Source: Flavobacteriales bacterium (lineage in GTDB: Bacteria > Bacteroidota > Bacteroidia > Palsa-965). Taken from it: a stretch of DNA of 64,000 bases. A program made the translations under genes and the position numbers. Location: assembly GCA_040377305.1 (NCBI GenBank), contig JBEIPA010000011.1, positions 117,495-181,494 on the forward strand. Direction: 5' to 3'. The first letter of the stretch is position 1, and every line of letters begins with the position of its first letter. Under the pieces are notes generated by a model. It was given only the letters and a program-made list of their open reading frames with translations. It ran no database searches and was not told where the DNA came from. Below, piece after piece: positions 59,407 to 64,000 of the stretch.

Positions 59407-62400
59407 GTGAGAAAATATCTTGCCCCCCTACTTACAGCTGCTCTATTTTCCTGTAACAGTGAAAACATAAACGAGACAGTTGAGAACCATACTCCAAAAA
59501 TTGTTGACGCGATAGGTTACGTAGTGCCACAGGATAGCATGGCAGCGCCACTCGTAATTCCTGTTGATCAAAGCAAACTCATAAGAATTCCTGTTGTTGA
59601 TGCGGGTATGGTGCGTGCGAATATGAATGTGCATGAGGTTAAAGAAGGCAAGATTGTGCCGGTAACTAGTGCCAACCTGCGAATGATTACACCGGGCACT
59701 GATACATTCGCCTTACCGGAAGTTGTATCCGCGATCGACAGTTCTTTCCTTGTCAAGCAGCCCAATCCAGTTTCTGCTTTGCCATTGCGCATGAAGGATG
59801 CTGCGATCTGCAACCTGCAATATCTGGATGTTGATCAAGGCATGAATTGCTCTTACGTCTTGTCGGTAATGGAAGACAAGTCAGGAAATTTATGGTTCGG
59901 GACTGATGGCGGTGGTGTGAGTAAGTACGATGGAAAATCCTTTTCGCATTTTACGGAGAAGGAAGGACTGAGTAATAATTACGTGCGATGCATTTTAGAA
60001 GATAACTCCGGAAATCTCTGGTTCGGAACTGCGCTCGGTGGAGTAACTAAATACGACGGAAAATCATTTACGACTTATGCGGAGAAAGAAGGATTGAGTA
60101 ACCGCGTTGCTTCAATGTTGCTGGATAAAAATGGTAACGTTTGGTTTGGAAGTCCCGGTGGTGGTTTAATCAAATACGATGGAAAGTCATTCACGCATTA
60201 TACGAGGAAGCAGGGTTTAAGCAGCAATACAGTTTTATCCATCGTTGAAGATAAAGCAGGTAATATTTGGGCGGCCACATACGGTGGCGGCGTTAATAAA
60301 TATGACGGAAAATCCTTCACGCATTTTACAGAAGCAGATGGCTTAAGCAGTAATTATGTTTTGTCCGTACTGGAAGATAAAGACGGCAACCTATGGTTTG
60401 GTACTGACGGAGGTGGTGTGAGTAAATACGACGGAAATGCATTTACTCATTATTCGGAGAGCGAAGGATTGAGCAACAGTGTTGTAAAATCTATTGCAGA
60501 AGACAAGGCGGGCAATGTCTGGTTTGGTACTGATGGAGGAGGAGTGAACAAATACGATGGGCACGTCTTCACGCACTTTACAGAGAAAGAAGGACTGAGT
60601 AATAATTATGTACGATCCATGTTCGAGGATAGAACGGGCAACTTCTGGATCTGCACGGCAGGCGGAGGTGTGAGCAGGTATAACGGAAACTCTTTTAGTT
60701 ATTATACAGAAAGAGCGGGCTTAAGTAATTCTTACGTGAGGGCGATTGTAGAAGATAGAAGTGGTAATATTTGGTTCGGTACTGCAGGCGGTGGCGTAAA
60801 CAAGTACGATGGACACTCTATAACACATTACACCGAAAAAGAAGGATTGAGCAACAACACGGTCTTGTGTATGGCGGAAGATCGAACGGGAAACATGTGG
60901 TTCGGCACTTATGGCAGTGGCGTTTGTAAATTCGACGGACAAGCTTTCACGCATTACTCGCAACAAGATGGTTTGTGTGGCAATTCGGTTTTCTGCATTC
61001 AGGAGGATAAAGCAGGCAACCTGTGGTTTGGTACTTACGGAGATGGAGTGAGTAAATTCGATGGTGAATCGTTTACTAATTATACGGAAGAGCAAGGGCT
61101 GAGTAGCAATTCAGTTGTGACTATGCTGGAAGACAGAACAGGCAATCTGTGGTTCGGCACTATAGATGGTGGGGCGTGTAAATTTGACGGACATTCTTTT
61201 GCACGCTACAGGGACGGATTACTCCACACCTCCGTGTTATCGCTGCTGGAAGATGTAAGCGGAAATATGTGGCTGGGTACTGCTGGCGGAGGTGTGAGTA
61301 AATTTGACGGAAAGACCTTTACACATTATACAGAGAATGAAGGACTATGCAGTAATGATGTGTGGTCGTTGGCAGAAGACAAATCCGGAAACCTTTGGAT
61401 AAGCACAGAGAAAGGGCTTAATTATTTTGCGTTTGATTCCGACACGATGTCGAATCAAGAAGGCAAATACATCGCTCCGCAGATTTTTGAATTTCACAGA
61501 GAAGATGGATTGGTCGCTGAAGACTTTTTGCAGAACAGCATCTGTCTGGACAGTAAGAACCGTATTTGGTGGGGCAGTGGTAAAGCAGTAATAATGCTTG
61601 ATCTGAATTTGTTTAGTTTAAACAAAAACGAACCATCGATTCACTTAGACAATATTGATCTACAGGAGAACTTTGTGGATTACAACAGCGTGAAAGCGGG
61701 ACTGCTTGATAGTGCAACTTCAGACTTTGAAAATTTAAGTAACATTGAATTCGGCGAAGTCACACGTTTTCATAATTACCCCGAAGCGATGGAGTTGCCG
61801 TATTATTTGAATCACCTCACGTTTCATTTTTCGTCCATCGACTGGTACGCTCCGCACAAAATAAAATATCAGTACAAACTCGAAGGTCTTGATGCCGACT
61901 GGAGCAATCTAACAGCAGAAACGAAGGCGGATTACAGAAATATTCCGCATGGAGAATACACGTTCAAACTAAAAGCAATTGGCAGTGCAAACGTCTGGAG
62001 CAAAAATTTCGAATACCCATTTGTGATTAATCCGCCCTGGTGGAAAACATGGTGGGCGTATACAGCTTATCCGTTGTTAGCAATAGCATGCGTCATTTTC
62101 ATTGTGCGGTGGAACGGCAAGAGACTTCGTGCAAGAGCCGTGGAATTAAAAGTCAAAGTGGAGGAAGCCACTCAGGAGATCAAAGAGCAAAAACACCTGA
62201 TCGAAGAAAGGCATAAAGAGATTACGGATAGCATTAATTATGCAGAGCGTATTCAGCGTTCTTTATTGGCAAGCAAAAATCTACTGAACCAGAACCTGAA
62301 AGATTATTTTATTTTGTTCAGACCAAAGGATGTAGTAAGCGGTGATTTTTATTGGGCAGCTCCGACAAGTTCATCCGGAAGAAGCAGCTTCTTGTTATGT

Positions 62401-62982
62401 GTTGCCGATAGTACGGGTCACGGAGTTCCTGGCGCCATTATGAGTATTTTGAATATTGCTTGTCTTGAAAAAGCGGTAGAGGTTGAGAATCTGGTTGCCC
62501 CGGATCAAATCTTAAACCACACACGAACAAAAATCATTGAAACATTGAAGAAGGATGGCAGCACGGAAGGTGGCAAAGACGGCATGGACGGAAGTTTGGT
62601 GAGTTTTGATTTTACAACGAACAAACTTCAGTGTGCAACAGCTATGAATCCGGTTTGGATAATACGAGGTCAGGAGTTCATAGAGTTAAAGGGCGACCGT
62701 TATCCGATAGGTAAACATGATCGGGACAAGGAACCGTTTACACTGCACGAACTTCAACTGCAAAAGGGCGATACGGTGTATTTACTCACAGACGGTTTTG
62801 CCGATCAGTTCGGTGGAACCACAGGCAAAAAATTCATGTATAAAAAACTTCAGGAGCTAATGCTGTCGATTGCTCATGAGTCCATGCAAGCGCAACAGGA
62901 AATACTCAACGAAGCTTTTATAGCCTGGAAAGGAAGTTTGGAGCAGGTAGATGATGTGACGATTGTGGGAGTGCGGATATGA
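59407..62982 (+). CDS. Two-component-type beta-propeller sensor (Reg_prop repeats, Y_Y_Y) fused to SpoIIE/PP2C phosphatase
   Basis: About 13 repeats of ED..GN.WFGT.GGGV.KYDG..F.H.TE..GL, Y_Y_Y domain, PPWW.TWW TM, VSGDFY, DSTGHGVPGA, TDGF.DQFGG and DDVT. Confidence 0.93.
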   Translation: MRKYLAPLLTAALFSCNSENINETVENHTPKIVDAIGYVVPQDSMAAPLVIPVDQSKLIRIPVVDAGMVRANMNVHEVKEGKIVPVTSANLRMITPGTDTFALPEVVSAIDSSFLVKQPNPVSALPLRMKDAAICNLQYLDVDQGMNCSYVLSVMEDKSGNLWFGTDGGGVSKYDGKSFSHFTEKEGLSNNYVRCILEDNSGNLWFGTALGGVTKYDGKSFTTYAEKEGLSNRVASMLLDKNGNVWFGSPGGGLIKYDGKSFTHYTRKQGLSSNTVLSIVEDKAGNIWAATYGGGVNKYDGKSFTHFTEADGLSSNYVLSVLEDKDGNLWFGTDGGGVSKYDGNAFTHYSESEGLSNSVVKSIAEDKAGNVWFGTDGGGVNKYDGHVFTHFTEKEGLSNNYVRSMFEDRTGNFWICTAGGGVSRYNGNSFSYYTERAGLSNSYVRAIVEDRSGNIWFGTAGGGVNKYDGHSITHYTEKEGLSNNTVLCMAEDRTGNMWFGTYGSGVCKFDGQAFTHYSQQDGLCGNSVFCIQEDKAGNLWFGTYGDGVSKFDGESFTNYTEEQGLSSNSVVTMLEDRTGNLWFGTIDGGACKFDGHSFARYRDGLLHTSVLSLLEDVSGNMWLGTAGGGVSKFDGKTFTHYTENEGLCSNDVWSLAEDKSGNLWISTEKGLNYFAFDSDTMSNQEGKYIAPQIFEFHREDGLVAEDFLQNSICLDSKNRIWWGSGKAVIMLDLNLFSLNKNEPSIHLDNIDLQENFVDYNSVKAGLLDSATSDFENLSNIEFGEVTRFHNYPEAMELPYYLNHLTFHFSSIDWYAPHKIKYQYKLEGLDADWSNLTAETKADYRNIPHGEYTFKLKAIGSANVWSKNFEYPFVINPPWWKTWWAYTAYPLLAIACVIFIVRWNGKRLRARAVELKVKVEEATQEIKEQKHLIEERHKEITDSINYAERIQRSLLASKNLLNQNLKDYFILFRPKDVVSGDFYWAAPTSSSGRSSFLLCVADSTGHGVPGAIMSILNIACLEKAVEVENLVAPDQILNHTRTKIIETLKKDGSTEGGKDGMDGSLVSFDFTTNKLQCATAMNPVWIIRGQEFIELKGDRYPIGKHDRDKEPFTLHELQLQKGDTVYLLTDGFADQFGGTTGKKFMYKKLQELMLSIAHESMQAQQEILNEAFIAWKGSLEQVDDVTIVGVRI

Positions 62983-63055
62983 GTTGGCGGAATTGCTTAT
63001 TCAGGACGAAACGCCATCTATTGCATAGGAGCTGCTATGCGTAGTGGCTTTCGGT

Positions 63056-63625
63056 TCATAATTGCTCTATAATAGCAATCATGGAAATTTTAATTTCAGA
63101 ATAGGGTTGAACTCTGCGATAGCTGCCGAAGAATTGAATTCCATTTCCGACATATTTTTTATTCTCCGGGGCATCAAACATTTCCATGCTCTCAAACAGA
63201 GTGCCGCCGCAGTTTACATTATCGATTGTCTTAACAATTTTGTCCGAGTAGTCATTAAAGGGATTAAATGCAGTGTCTGAGACTCCTTTGATTACTTCAA
63301 CTTTATAGAACATTTTAGTATTGACCTTTTTCGGATTTCCCCGAATGCATAAATAGGTAAGCTCCTTTGTTGTTGAATTGCTAACGACAAAAAGGTATAA
63401 TGGATTATTGTGAAGATAGCTATCGAGTGTATCCGATTTTTCTTCATCGGATTTTTCTTCGAAGCCCGGCATTTTAGCCAATGCTAAAAGTGGATCGTAA
63501 AAAAACACTTTGACACTGTCATTCTTAATTTTGAATTCGTCAACAACTTTCGCTTGTCCTTGAGCGTAAATTGTAAACAGCAGAAACGTGATAATGCTTA
63601 GGGTTATTTTGATCTTGGTCATCAT
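63056..63625 (-). CDS. Hypothetical exported protein (AT-rich, cassette-like)
   Basis: 189-aa ORF with signal peptide, flanked by attC-like remnants. Confidence 0.75.
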   Translation of the reverse strand: MMTKIKITLSIITFLLFTIYAQGQAKVVDEFKIKNDSVKVFFYDPLLALAKMPGFEEKSDEEKSDTLDSYLHNNPLYLFVVSNSTTKELTYLCIRGNPKKVNTKMFYKVEVIKGVSDTAFNPFNDYSDKIVKTIDNVNCGGTLFESMEMFDAPENKKYVGNGIQFFGSYRRVQPYSEIKISMIAIIEQL

Positions 63626-63641
63626 TCTTTTTGTTTGATTT

Positions 63642-63737
63642 CGCAGTACGGACGGAGTGCAGGCGTCCGTTTTTGCTTGTCCAATGTATGGAGTTGAGCA
63701 TTAACACGCAAAAATGACGCGTGCACGGTGTTATAAG
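63642..63737 (-). other. Degenerate attC-like site
   Basis: On the minus strand: CTTATAAC...GTGCACGCGTCATTTTTGC-loop-GCAAAAACGGACGCCTGCAC...GTACTGCG; a bulged hairpin of about 96 nt. Confidence 0.5.
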
Positions 63738-63960
63738 CTGTGCGCCCTTCCGCATGTCCCTGGTGATGTCGTTATGAAATGCCCCGGTTGGTTTGCAAAA
63801 TGTGCGTGAGCGTACACACAGTTTAATTAGTAAAACTTGAATGGAGCGAATTTAGAATAATTGGCGCCGTTGAAAGAAGATTCGCCGAAGGCGTATTGTT
63901 CTTGTCCCTCGTTAGCGGCAAGACGAGTCTTTTTGTTATGGCGTGGAGTAAGTTGTCGAG

Positions 63961-63987
63961 GGTTTAGTGGGCTTAGTGGGTTTGGAG
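63961..63987. repeat. 9-nt tandem repeat arm near the window edge
   Basis: GGGTTTAGT GGGCTTAGT GGGTTTGGA. Confidence 0.5.
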
Positions 63988-64000
63988 TTAAGGATGGAAC

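Noticed and set aside
59850-61420. Regular ~132-bp repeats as a CRISPR array or DGR
   Set aside because: They are in-frame coding propeller repeats with synonymous variation; there are no spacers, cas genes or reverse transcriptase.

Overview
64-kb chromosomal window from a Bacteroidota bacterium. The taxonomy rests on TAnnTTTG promoter boxes, nine proteins with type IX secretion (T9SS) C-terminal sorting domains and the yicC-gmk-nadD synteny. Housekeeping genes (nadD, gmk, yicC, metB-like, polA, cysS, trhO, hmgA, hppD, aspS, tadA) alternate with secreted T9SS cargo and short runs of orphan genes. No rRNA, tRNA, CRISPR array, integrase or transposase was seen. The strongest unusual signal is an AT-rich ~1.74-kb integrase-free islet in the 3' end of aspS, bounded by a perfect 16-bp direct repeat. 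It gives the essential AspRS a new C-terminus fused to a degenerate PD-(D/E)XK-like domain, adds a tightly coupled SIR2-domain gene, and leaves a recognisable displaced aspS 3' end downstream. Also notable are: a GxxExxY nuclease gene enclosed by 35-bp inverted repeats, with related gene-less copies elsewhere in the window; a penta-heme cytochrome c and a cyclophilin that both carry T9SS sorting domains; a decayed attC-like cassette; several intergenic palindrome families; and promoter boxes sitting 3-6 nt from start codons. All family assignments come from motif recognition by eye, not from database searches.
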